64,000 nucleotides of DNA from Spirochaetales bacterium. GTDB lineage: Bacteria > Spirochaetota > Spirochaetia > JABEVK01. The DNA lies in the NCBI GenBank assembly GCA_037142615.1, contig JBAXAI010000002.1:160001-224000 (forward strand), given 5' to 3'. This document shows, piece after piece, positions 9,037-18,427 of this stretch. Made by a program: the position numbers and the translations under genes. Positions within the stretch are counted from its first letter, which is position 1. Every line of letters begins with the position of its first letter. Below the pieces are notes generated by a model, which worked only from the letters and a program-made list of their open reading frames with translations, was not told where the DNA came from and did not search any database.

Positions 9037-9978
9037 ATGATCAAAGTCCACCAACTCGTGAGGTTCTACGGGAAGTTCACGGCCGTGAACGATGTCAGTT
9101 TCGAAGTCGGGAAGGGGCAGATCGTGGGACTTTTGGGTCCCAACGGTGCCGGCAAGACCACCCTGATGAAGATGCTGACGGGGTTTCACTTCCCCAAGAG
9201 CGGGGAGATCCGCATCGGCGGCATCGATATCCTCCAGGATCCGCAAAAGGCGCAGGCGCTCATCGGCTACCTGCCCGAAAGCTCGCCGGTGTACCCCGAC
9301 CTGACCGTCGGCGAGTACCTCGAGTTTGTCGCGGGTGTGCGGGGCATCGCCAAGGCTGAGCAAAACGCGGCCATCGAAAAGGCGTTGACGCAGACCGATG
9401 CCCTGGCCTTCCGCAACAAGGTCGCCAGCCACCTGTCGAAGGGCCAAAAACAGCGCGTGGGCCTGGCTCAGGCCATCCTCCACGACCCCGAGATCCTGAT
9501 CCTCGACGAGCCCACCAGCGGCCTCGACCCGCACCAGATTCTGGAGTTCCGCCAACTTATCCTGGCCATCGGCCGCGAAAAAACCGTCATCTTGAGCACC
9601 CACATCATGCAGGAAGTCGAGGCGCTGTGCGAACGCGTGCTCATCATGAACCGCGGCAAAATCGTCGCCGAGGGCAAGGCGGCCGACATCGCGCGGAACC
9701 TGCAGGGCGAAAACCGCTACGTGGTGCACTTCACCGGCGGTGCTGCCGCGACCGGGCCGTTGCTGGCCCAGCTTCCCGGTTTGCTGCGCGCCCCCGAGGC
9801 GGCCGAGGGTGGCGGGTTCTTGTGCTCCTTCCCGCTCGAGATTTCCGGCGGCGAGGTGCTGTTCGACTTCGCCGTGGCCCACGGGCTCAAGCTCGTGTCG
9901 CTGATTCCGCAAACCATCCGCCTCGAAGACCTCTTCGTGCAACTCACCAAGGAGGACACCCATGCAGTCCCTGCTTAG
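9037..9978 (+). CDS. ABC transporter ATPase (GldA-like)
   Basis: GPNGAGKTT, LSKGQKQRV, ILDEPTSGLDP. Confidence 0.92.
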   Translation: MIKVHQLVRFYGKFTAVNDVSFEVGKGQIVGLLGPNGAGKTTLMKMLTGFHFPKSGEIRIGGIDILQDPQKAQALIGYLPESSPVYPDLTVGEYLEFVAGVRGIAKAEQNAAIEKALTQTDALAFRNKVASHLSKGQKQRVGLAQAILHDPEILILDEPTSGLDPHQILEFRQLILAIGREKTVILSTHIMQEVEALCERVLIMNRGKIVAEGKAADIARNLQGENRYVVHFTGGAAATGPLLAQLPGLLRAPEAAEGGGFLCSFPLEISGGEVLFDFAVAHGLKLVSLIPQTIRLEDLFVQLTKEDTHAVPA

Positions 9979-10684
9979 CGTGTGGCGCAAAGAACTGCGC
10001 TCCGCCACCGGCAGCCCCGTCGCCGTCGGTGCCATTCTGTTCTTTCTGCTTCTCACCGGCATCTGGTTTTTGTGGATCAGCCAGTTCCTGGTGCAAAACA
10101 CCGCCAGCTTGCGCGGTTACTTCGCCACCTTTCCGGTGGCGTTCACCATTCTGATTCCCGCCATCACCATGCGCACGTGGGCCGAGGAACGCAAGCTCGG
10201 CAGCCAGGAGCTTCTGCTCACCTTGCCGGTCAAGACGGGTTACCTCGTCGCGGGCAAGTTTTTGGGAGCCTGGACCATCGTGCTGGCCATGCTGGTGCTC
10301 ACGCTGCCGATGACCTTTATGGTGACAGGCTTGGGCAACTTCGAGATCGGTGAGATTGTCGGCGAGTACCTCGGCATCGTGTTCTTGTCGGCCGCCGCCA
10401 CCGCGCTGGGCGTGTTTCTTTCGGGCCTGACCACCAACACCATTTCGGCCTTTCTGCTGTCGGTGGCCGGGCTGCTGCTGTTTGCCGTGGGGGGCAGCAT
10501 CGCCGCCATCATCAACCTGCCGAACGCTGTCGTGGAAGGCATCCGCTTTTTCAGTCTCGACAGCCGGTACTCCACCTTCCAGCGCGGCATTCTCGATAGC
10601 CGCGACGCGCTGTACTTTGTCTGGTTCACGGCGTTGTTCCTGTACTTGAACAGCAAGATCCTCATCCTCAGGAAGTGGAAGTAA
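9962..10684 (+). CDS. ABC-2 permease (GldF-like)
   Basis: ITMRTWAEERKLGSQELLLTLP, GKFLG, about 6 TM, RGILDSRD. Confidence 0.88.
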   Translation: MQSLLSVWRKELRSATGSPVAVGAILFFLLLTGIWFLWISQFLVQNTASLRGYFATFPVAFTILIPAITMRTWAEERKLGSQELLLTLPVKTGYLVAGKFLGAWTIVLAMLVLTLPMTFMVTGLGNFEIGEIVGEYLGIVFLSAAATALGVFLSGLTTNTISAFLLSVAGLLLFAVGGSIAAIINLPNAVVEGIRFFSLDSRYSTFQRGILDSRDALYFVWFTALFLYLNSKILILRKWK

Positions 10685-10685
10685 G

Positions 10686-12215
10686 ATGAGTCACCAACAA
10701 ACGCACGAAAAGATCCTGCTTTGGCTGTCGCTCGGCATCTTCGCCGCCGCCGTGGTCAACCTGAGCGTGTTCGGATTCCGCCTCGACCTGACTTCGGCCG
10801 GCTCGTGGTCGATTTCGAAAGCGACGGTAGCAACGCTGGCCCAGGCCAAGGAAGAGCTGAGCATCACCTACTACCTCAGCAAGAAGCTCACCACCTACTA
10901 TCCCGTCACCCAGGGACTGGCAGACTTTCTCGCCGAGTACGCGGCCGCCTCGGGTGGCAAGGTCAAGGTGCACGTGGTTGATCCCGCCGACACCGGCGAA
11001 CTGAACGACATGGCCCGCTGGGGAATCCTGGGCAACCAGATCAACGTCGTCGAGCAGAGCCAGCAGACGCAGGCCATGGTGTACTCGGGCATCCTCATCC
11101 GCTACCTCGACCGTCAAGAAGTTCTTCCGCAGGTGCAGCAGGTCGAGACGTTGGAGTACGACCTGACAAGCCATATCGACAAGCTGATCACCCAGAAGAC
11201 CAAAACCTACGCCCTGCTGTCGGCAGACCCGGCCAAGACTCTCGAGAATACCTACCGGCTCCTGGCGCAAACCCTGACCAAGAACGCGTCGTTTGTCGCG
11301 CTGCAGCCCGGCGAGGCCATCGGCGAAAACGTCACCGCCGTCATCGTGGCAGGCAGCAAAGGCATCACCGAGGCAGCGCTCAAACCCCTCGACGACTACC
11401 TGATGAAGGGCGGCAAGCTGCTGATCGCAGCCGATGGCGTGTTCGTCGACATCGCGAACGCCCAAGCTGCCGCTGTACCCGCCGGTGACAACGCGCTGCT
11501 CAGGGCGCTGAGAGGCTGGGGTGTGCAAGTGGACCAGAGCCTGGTGCTCGACGCCTACAACGAGCTCGTGCAATTCCAGTCCTCACAGGGAGTTGCGCTG
11601 CGCCGCTATCCGGAATGGGTGCAGATTCTCCCCAAGAACACCTCGACAACAAACCCAGTGACCAGCCGGTTTGGGGGCCTGTCCCTGATGTGGGCGAGTC
11701 CGCTCACGGCAACGCCCGTCGCCGGAATCAAGGCCGAAAACTTGGCCTGGACAAGCGAGAAGTCGTGGCTCATGAAAGACAACCTCACGATTGATCCCGA
11801 CCAGTCGGCCCGCACCGGAGTCTTGCCGGGGGTTGTGCTGGGCAAGCAGACTGTGGTGATGGCCCTCACCGGGACCTTTGCTTCGTCGTTCCCCAACGGG
11901 GGGAGCAGCCCTGCTACCCGCATCGTCGTTGCTGGTTCTTCGAACTTCCTCACCGACCTGATGCAGATGATCCAGACCGACGCCAACGCCGCGTTCGCCG
12001 AAAACGCTCTGGGCTGGCTGGCTCAGGACGAAGGCCTGCTGTCGATCAAGACCCGCACTTATCGCGATAAGAACCTCACACTGTTGCAGGATCCGCAGGT
12101 TCGTAACCAGGCCGCCTTCGCGCTGTCGTTCGTCAACTTGGCGTTTGTACCGCTGTTGGTGCTCGGCTGGGGGCTCTTCCGGTTCCTGCGCCGCCGCCGC
12201 CGGGAGCAAGACTGA
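10686..12215 (+). CDS. GldG-family ABC auxiliary protein
   Basis: RLDLTSAGSWSIS, LEYDLT, DDYLMKGGKLL, LLSIKTR; TM at both ends. Confidence 0.85.
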   Translation: MSHQQTHEKILLWLSLGIFAAAVVNLSVFGFRLDLTSAGSWSISKATVATLAQAKEELSITYYLSKKLTTYYPVTQGLADFLAEYAAASGGKVKVHVVDPADTGELNDMARWGILGNQINVVEQSQQTQAMVYSGILIRYLDRQEVLPQVQQVETLEYDLTSHIDKLITQKTKTYALLSADPAKTLENTYRLLAQTLTKNASFVALQPGEAIGENVTAVIVAGSKGITEAALKPLDDYLMKGGKLLIAADGVFVDIANAQAAAVPAGDNALLRALRGWGVQVDQSLVLDAYNELVQFQSSQGVALRRYPEWVQILPKNTSTTNPVTSRFGGLSLMWASPLTATPVAGIKAENLAWTSEKSWLMKDNLTIDPDQSARTGVLPGVVLGKQTVVMALTGTFASSFPNGGSSPATRIVVAGSSNFLTDLMQMIQTDANAAFAENALGWLAQDEGLLSIKTRTYRDKNLTLLQDPQVRNQAAFALSFVNLAFVPLLVLGWGLFRFLRRRRREQD

Positions 12216-12235
12216 TGAAAACAGGAGAACGATCC

Positions 12236-13168
12236 ATGGATTACCGAACCAAAGTCACCGTGCTGTCTGCCTTGTTGGGCCTGCTCACCCTCACCGCGGT
12301 TCTCGGTGTCGTCTTTTCGGGCCAGTCGATGGCCCAGCGTCAGGCGCAGGAGGCTTTGTTGCCTGGTTTTCAGGCCGACTTGGTGACGTCGTTGGAACTG
12401 CCCAAAGAAACCGTGCTGACGCGGACTCCCGCTGGCACCACGCAAGCCTGGGCACTCAAAGTGAGCGGTCAGGCGTATCCTGCCGCCCCCGAGCGGGTCA
12501 CGGACTACCTCAAGGCCTTGGGTGGCCTTCGACGCGAGCGGCTGGTGGGCCGTTCTGTGGCGTTGGCCGAGTTTGGGCTCGACGCTCCCCAGAGTGTTCT
12601 GGTGAAGGACAAAACCGGCCGCGTGCTGTTCGAAATCCTCGCCGGAAAGTCCGACGCCTCGGCGACCAAAGTGTATGTGCAGCTCAAGGGCTCGCCCGAG
12701 GTCTGGGAAACCGACGCCGCTCTGGTGCGACCGTTGCAGGTGGACTTCAACACGTGGGCAGACCTCACGTTGGCTCCTGGCAAGAAGCCTTCCGACCTGA
12801 CTCGGCTCACCTACACGGGCGCTCTCGAAGCCGCCGACAAGACGAAATATGCGGCCTTTGACCTGGTGAAGGGGGGAACTCCTGAAAAGCCCGAATGGAC
12901 CAATCAGCTCGACAAGTCAAAACCGGCCAAAGCCGTCACTTGGGTCAATCAGGTGGCCAGCTACCGTTTCGGTGTGTTCTTTTCGCCGGGCGAGGCCACG
13001 GCGATTGACGGCTCAGGGGGCAAGCTGGTGCTGGAATGGGGCGACAACACGCGAACCGAAGTTACGCTAGGTGCTCGCGACGCCCAGAACCGCTACCCGG
13101 CCACCGACGGCCAACGCAAGTTCTGGGTTTACGACTGGTCGCTGAGTCAGCTCCTGTTTCAGCCCTAG
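12236..13168 (+). CDS. DUF4340-like membrane-anchored protein
   Basis: N-terminal TM; LAEFGLDAP; typical fourth gene of Gld-like ABC operons. Confidence 0.7.
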   Translation: MDYRTKVTVLSALLGLLTLTAVLGVVFSGQSMAQRQAQEALLPGFQADLVTSLELPKETVLTRTPAGTTQAWALKVSGQAYPAAPERVTDYLKALGGLRRERLVGRSVALAEFGLDAPQSVLVKDKTGRVLFEILAGKSDASATKVYVQLKGSPEVWETDAALVRPLQVDFNTWADLTLAPGKKPSDLTRLTYTGALEAADKTKYAAFDLVKGGTPEKPEWTNQLDKSKPAKAVTWVNQVASYRFGVFFSPGEATAIDGSGGKLVLEWGDNTRTEVTLGARDAQNRYPATDGQRKFWVYDWSLSQLLFQP

Positions 13169-13180
13169 TTCGACAGCCCG

Positions 13181-14377
13181 TTAGGCTTCGGGTGACTGGC
13201 GGGCCAAGTGCTCGCGGTACCGGTCCGGGTCGGTCTTGAGCCCGACCACGCGGGTGGCCCCGGTCATCGCCCGGCCTAGCGCCGAGGTTGCCTCGTCGGT
13301 GAGCGTTTTGGCGCTGACGAGGCGGCCTGTTCTTGCTGCCACGCCAGCGCGGAGTTTCACCTGCGGCAAGGTGCGCTCCACGCGCTGCAAGAAGGCCTGG
13401 GCTTCCGACAAACCCTTTTCCAGACTTCGGTTTGGGAGCACCACGGCGATGCCAGGCGCCTTTTCGCGGGTCTCAAAATCGAGGTCGACCGACGGGAAGT
13501 AGGCTCGAACTTCCTGGGCCACCGCGCCATACGTCGACTCCGAGGCGAGCTCGGCTCCACCAAACAGCAATACAGTAAGGTCTTGGTTGTCGGCTGCGCA
13601 GCGGTCGAGTTCGCCGCCCAAGCGGTCGGCGAAAAAATGCGACCAACCCAAACCGCTGTCGGCCGTCAGGCTCGGGCCTTCGGGTGAAACAAACGTGTCG
13701 GTGTTCAGCGGCGGAAGGTCCTCCATGCTCAGCGACTCGTCGAACCAGTACTCGTCTTCGTCTTCGGTCTCGGGCACTCCCGGGTCCCACGCCTCCTGCT
13801 CTTCCTGGGAAGGCGCTGGCGACGGGGCCGGGCGAGCGCTGTCGGTCGGCTCTGTTCGCCTTCGGAGCTGGAACGCGACGAGCAGCGTCGTCAGCAACAA
13901 CAACACAAAAAGGGTGATTCCAGAGGCTCGCAGAAGGCCCAGCACTTCGGTCGTCGAGTAGAACTCCACCACACCCTGCAGGGTCCAAGGCTGGCCTGAG
14001 GGTGTGTAGACCTTGACCTCGGCCAGAATTTCGCGGGGGAACCGGGGAGCCCAGGCGGGAGACTCCTTGGAAAGGTCACCGGTATTGCGGGGGCCGTAGT
14101 AGTATTCGGTGGCACGCTCGGGCGAGGTGAGCAGAACCATCTTCCAGCGGGTGTCGCCCAGAAGTTTAGCCCGAATCACGCCAGACAACGCCTTGGAGTC
14201 GGCCGGTGTGTGAATCGACCAGTCGGTCACAGAACCCGCGGCATCCCTGAGGGCCTCATAGGCTTGAGTCTCCGTTTTTGCTCGGAGCTGATACCAGTCG
14301 GTAACGGCCCAAGCGAGCAAACCGGTCAGTGTGAGGGCAACCAAAAGGGAGTACAAGCGCGTGACGGCCGTGTTCAT
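13181..14377 (-). CDS. Membrane protein with acidic linker and degenerate GGDEF-like C-terminus
   Basis: 2 TM; DSGLGW..F..RL..EL.R....QDL; TTGATT-N16-TATAAT 6 nt before the ATG. Confidence 0.65.
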   Translation of the reverse strand: MNTAVTRLYSLLVALTLTGLLAWAVTDWYQLRAKTETQAYEALRDAAGSVTDWSIHTPADSKALSGVIRAKLLGDTRWKMVLLTSPERATEYYYGPRNTGDLSKESPAWAPRFPREILAEVKVYTPSGQPWTLQGVVEFYSTTEVLGLLRASGITLFVLLLLTTLLVAFQLRRRTEPTDSARPAPSPAPSQEEQEAWDPGVPETEDEDEYWFDESLSMEDLPPLNTDTFVSPEGPSLTADSGLGWSHFFADRLGGELDRCAADNQDLTVLLFGGAELASESTYGAVAQEVRAYFPSVDLDFETREKAPGIAVVLPNRSLEKGLSEAQAFLQRVERTLPQVKLRAGVAARTGRLVSAKTLTDEATSALGRAMTGATRVVGLKTDPDRYREHLARQSPEA

Positions 14378-14407
14378 ACCCCCATTATACGGACGATGCA
14401 CCAAAAA

Positions 14408-16018
14408 TCAATCTTGGAGCGGGGCCAGGGCTTGTTCCACCAGGCGCTCGTGCCAGCCCTCTTTGCGACCCCACAGGCGGAGTTGGGCGAGGGCGAGAGG
14501 CCAGAGCGCCAGCCAGTCCTCCTGGCGGTCGGTTGGCAGCGAGGCCAGCCACACGGCCATGGGTTGACCTGCCGGCAACTTCGGCAGGGTTTGAAGCCGC
14601 CGGCGCCAATCGGCCTCCCAGGCTTCCAGATTCCCGGCTTTCGAGTAGGGGACAAACGGGACTGCGGGTTTGCTTGCCAGCTCAAGCCGGCGCTGGTCCA
14701 TGCGGACCCGGTATTCCCTCAGCAGGGGTGTCGTGTAGCACACTCCTTCCGTGTTCTCGTGGCGTTGCAAATCTTCTGCACCGTAGCAACCGGCCAGCAG
14801 CCTGGTTTCCCCTGGGCTGGTGCGAAGGGCCGCACGCAGGTGGAGGGGATACACGTACGTGCCGCGGGCGTAGCCTTTGGCCCACGGGTAGGCGAGGTTG
14901 ACACCCCAGAGCCGGGTTTCCTGGGCACCCCACGCGGCGGCGAGCTCCAAACCCAGCCCCGAGACGTTGGCCGTTGGGACCTCGATTCGCGGAAGGCCGG
15001 AAAAGTGCCTTTGAACGACCCTCGCCATGGGGTGGCCCGACAGAAACGGGAGCACCGTCAGCCCCAGCCGGTGAAAAAGGGGCAACGAGGCCACGTCGGT
15101 CAACAGCGGCAGACCGTCGGGCAAAGGAGGGTGAAAATGGTGGGCACTCGGCAGTTGGCCGTCGAGGCAGAGGACGACATCGGGTCTCCATCCCCGGGCC
15201 AGCAGGGCCGGTAGGGCGGTGTCGGTGGCCAACAGCTTCCAGCCGTTCGTCGGCCGGCCCTCAAGCAGGCGCCGGTTCGCGTCCAACGCCAAGCTCACCT
15301 CCAGGCCGGGGCCGGCACCCGCGATCACGGCCCCCGCAGGGCGCTCCTGAAACTGGTCGAGAACCCGACCCGGCTTCAGCGGCTCAAGGGTTCTCAGATT
15401 GAACAGCAGGTTGTGGTACCACCGCGCGCCGAACCGGGCTTGGGTCGAAAAGTCGCCGCTCCACGAGGCCAGGCGGCGCTGGGCCTCACTGGCGTGAGCT
15501 TCCCACCGGGTGTCGTCGCCTGAAGTGGCCGGCCGCCACCAACGAATGACCACCCCTCCATCCCACAACGGGTGGTAGCGACTCGCCAGCCAGTCCAACC
15601 ACCTGCCGGGCGCCTCGCAGGTGGCAAACCACAAAGGATCGGCGAGCTGGGCCCCAAAATCGCAAAGCGTGAACAGGTTTTGCCAAACCTCCAGCCGGGG
15701 TTCAACCGCCACAATCAAAGCCCGTCCCTTGCTGGCCTGTTTCCAAAGGGTGGGAGGCGCACCGCCGAAAACCACCAGAGTTGTGTCGGGTTCCAAGTCG
15801 CTCGACCAACGCTCGGCTTCTTTTTGCGCGTCGTAGGCCGACTCGAGTGCGAGCCGGCGCCCATTCGCGAGCACTGAAGGGAGCTCCTGCCCGGCACGCG
15901 AGCGCGGAGATTCTCCCTTCCAAGGTCCCAAAGCCCTCAGGCGCGTCCAGAGGCCATTCGAAAGTGCCTCCTGCCTCAGAGCCAGCGCCGCGAGGTTCGC
16001 CTCCCAAAACGAGTTCAC
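14408..16018 (-). CDS. Maf/DUF115 (MptE-like) putative flagellin glycosyltransferase
   Basis: LESAYDAQKEAERW, IAGAGPGL, ATDTALPAL, PDVVLCLDGQ, GVNLAY. Confidence 0.75.
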   Translation of the reverse strand: MNSFWEANLAALALRQEALSNGLWTRLRALGPWKGESPRSRAGQELPSVLANGRRLALESAYDAQKEAERWSSDLEPDTTLVVFGGAPPTLWKQASKGRALIVAVEPRLEVWQNLFTLCDFGAQLADPLWFATCEAPGRWLDWLASRYHPLWDGGVVIRWWRPATSGDDTRWEAHASEAQRRLASWSGDFSTQARFGARWYHNLLFNLRTLEPLKPGRVLDQFQERPAGAVIAGAGPGLEVSLALDANRRLLEGRPTNGWKLLATDTALPALLARGWRPDVVLCLDGQLPSAHHFHPPLPDGLPLLTDVASLPLFHRLGLTVLPFLSGHPMARVVQRHFSGLPRIEVPTANVSGLGLELAAAWGAQETRLWGVNLAYPWAKGYARGTYVYPLHLRAALRTSPGETRLLAGCYGAEDLQRHENTEGVCYTTPLLREYRVRMDQRRLELASKPAVPFVPYSKAGNLEAWEADWRRRLQTLPKLPAGQPMAVWLASLPTDRQEDWLALWPLALAQLRLWGRKEGWHERLVEQALAPLQD

Positions 16019-17520
16019 CGGACCTCCAACGTTGACAGAAACTCGGCCAGGGGTCCTGCCAAGTCGAGGTCAGCGGGCCGGGGTGAACTGGCTGCGGTCA
16101 AGTGCGCTTGCAGCAAGTCAGGCTGGGCGGTTTCGGACCAGCGCCGCAAGGTCTCCTTGGTCATTTGCCCCGCCAGGAGTCGGGTCCTCCAGCGAACAAG
16201 CATAGCCCGCAGGCGCGTCACACGGTCGGTCCTTGAGGGCCAACCTTGAACAGCCGACCAGGTAACCGGCTGCCCAGAACCTTCCACCGCCAACTCGGCA
16301 AGGGCGTTCCACTCCAGCGGCTGGGTTCCTGGCCACGTGACCTGCGTCGGCGCCAGGCGAAGCAGAGGCCGCGCGAACCGGGGTTGGGCACCGAGCCACA
16401 GGGCGTAGGTACGCATGGCTGGCGAAGTGTGGACTCCCGGCGCTACTTCCAGGGTCGCCTGCGAAAAGTAGCGCTCCGCCCAAAGCGCCTCCCACGGCGA
16501 CAGACGACCCACGGCGCTGGCAAGTCTCCGGTCGACCGTGTGTCCCGACACGTGCGCCCGAAAATCCCGGAAGGCCAGATCGAGGCCCGCGACCAGCACC
16601 GGACCGGACGTGAGGGCCTGAGCCCAATGGAGGGCGGTGACGGCCACGGTTCCTTGGCTGGGAACCTGCGTCGGTGGAAGCGGAAACTGAGAAAGGATTT
16701 CCGTTTCCCACGGGAGTCCCTGCCCAAAAAAGGCCGTCGGACGGGCCTCCAGCAGTGAGTCCGGAGCACCGGAAAGTGCTGAGACCACCTGGGCTTTTCC
16801 ACCCGCCAAACGCCGCAGGTGCTCTCGGGCGTAGAAACCCCCATCAGTGGTGATGCCGACATCGGGTTCCAGACCTCTGAGTCGCAGCGCCTCGAAGCTC
16901 GACGGCAGCGCCCACAAGTCGAACGACGAGCGGCAGCGTCGAAGCACTTCCAGCCCGTCCTGCAACGTCGGGCCCGAAGCGGCCACCACAATCGGTCTTG
17001 TTCCTGCCACTGGTGTCACGGCTGACTCCCAGCCGGCGGCATTGCGCAGGGCATTGCGCCACCAGCGGGTTCCGCTGTGTTTCCACGTGAGCCAGGAACC
17101 TTGAACCGTCCGGAAAACGTCGCGGAAGGTCGAGGTCCATTCCAGGCATTCGCTGGGGGCCGCCCGCTCAAAAGCCGGCCAGACTTGCCACCGGCAACTT
17201 GCCGGGCCCGTCTTTTCCAAAACCGCTTCCAAGAAAGTAGCGAGGGGTTGTTTTCCGGGCCACCACGACCACTCCTGGGAGGCACTGCCCGTTTTTTCGG
17301 GCACAAGACTCACAACCCTCACCGACGGGGAGTGGACCGCGACAGCCGCCTCCAGGTACCCACCGGCATCACCAAGCAGGAAAAGCGTTCCCGTGGGTGC
17401 GAGCTCGAGACTCCCGATCCATCGGGTGGCTTCCTTTTCCGGGTCATAGGCCGAGAACAACGCTTTTCCGTTCACCAGGAGCCGCGATCCTCCCGGACCG
17501 CTCTCGGTTCGAAGCTCCAA
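16015..17520 (-). CDS. Maf/DUF115 (MptE-like) protein
   Basis: LFSAYDPEKEA, VAASGPTL, TTDGGFYA, QGTVA, GLDLAF. Confidence 0.75.
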   Translation of the reverse strand: MELRTESGPGGSRLLVNGKALFSAYDPEKEATRWIGSLELAPTGTLFLLGDAGGYLEAAVAVHSPSVRVVSLVPEKTGSASQEWSWWPGKQPLATFLEAVLEKTGPASCRWQVWPAFERAAPSECLEWTSTFRDVFRTVQGSWLTWKHSGTRWWRNALRNAAGWESAVTPVAGTRPIVVAASGPTLQDGLEVLRRCRSSFDLWALPSSFEALRLRGLEPDVGITTDGGFYAREHLRRLAGGKAQVVSALSGAPDSLLEARPTAFFGQGLPWETEILSQFPLPPTQVPSQGTVAVTALHWAQALTSGPVLVAGLDLAFRDFRAHVSGHTVDRRLASAVGRLSPWEALWAERYFSQATLEVAPGVHTSPAMRTYALWLGAQPRFARPLLRLAPTQVTWPGTQPLEWNALAELAVEGSGQPVTWSAVQGWPSRTDRVTRLRAMLVRWRTRLLAGQMTKETLRRWSETAQPDLLQAHLTAASSPRPADLDLAGPLAEFLSTLEVR

Positions 17521-17522
17521 GG

Positions 17523-18427
17523 TCAGCCCCCCAGATAGCGGGTCAGCTCACCCGGGGACCTCAACACCGTGAGTTCCCACCGAGCAGTGTAACCCTCTGG
17601 CCATTGGAGTGCTCCGAGAATCTGGTGCCACAGAAGGTCTTTGTCCATTTTTCCTGGCAGCACGAAGAACGAAGTCAGCAGAGGGCCATTTTCGAGCACG
17701 GCTCCCTGCTCGCCGGCCAATTCTGACAGCGCGGAAACCAGCAGCATTCTGACGCGATGGGGGAACAGAAGTTTCTGTTCCGCGTGGCGCATCAGCCCCG
17801 AAGTCTCCATGCGGGCTGCCAGCAGAAGATGACCCTTTGCCAAAGTCTGGCTCAGCGTTGTTGCCACGGGGGTCGTTCGGGCCCTGGGCTTGGGAAACAA
17901 CCACTGCAAGAAGGTGTACTTCAGCTGTGTCCAGGCCAACACGAACTTTTCGTCTTCCAGATCGAAGGGAGGAGAATCCACGAGCACGAGTACCCCGAGA
18001 AGAACCTGGGTGTCGGAAACCACGGGGAGCGCCAGTGGAAGCCCGGGTTGGGGCGTGAACTTGGACGAAAAAGCGATGAGTGCCGACTTCTCCGCTCCGC
18101 CGAGGATCTGCGGAACGCCGGCCGACAACCTCAGTCTGAGTGGAGGCGGAAGGTCCAGGCGAAACTCAGGTAGTGGTTTGTCGAGCGTCCAAGCCTTGAG
18201 GATCAGCTGCGGGGCGAGCACCGAATGGACCAAGAAGAAACCGACTCCCAACGACAGGAAGTCCGCAATCCGCGGCAGGGACTTGACCAACGGTGAAACA
18301 AAACCAGCGGTCTCCTGCCTATCCTGGGGTTGCTCCAGGTAGACCAAGACGTCTTTCCAGGTCAGCCCGGAAAAAGGTTTTTTTTTTCGGTGTCTTTGAG
18401 GCGTTGAGCGCGGTCAAGGAGTCCCAT
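17523..18427 (-). CDS. Hypothetical protein split by an A10 tract (18378-18387)
   Basis: ATG overlaps the upstream TAA (TAATG) and reads MGLLDRAQRLKDTEKKNLFPG*. One extra A joins it to the 274-aa ORF at 17523-18347. Confidence 0.65.
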
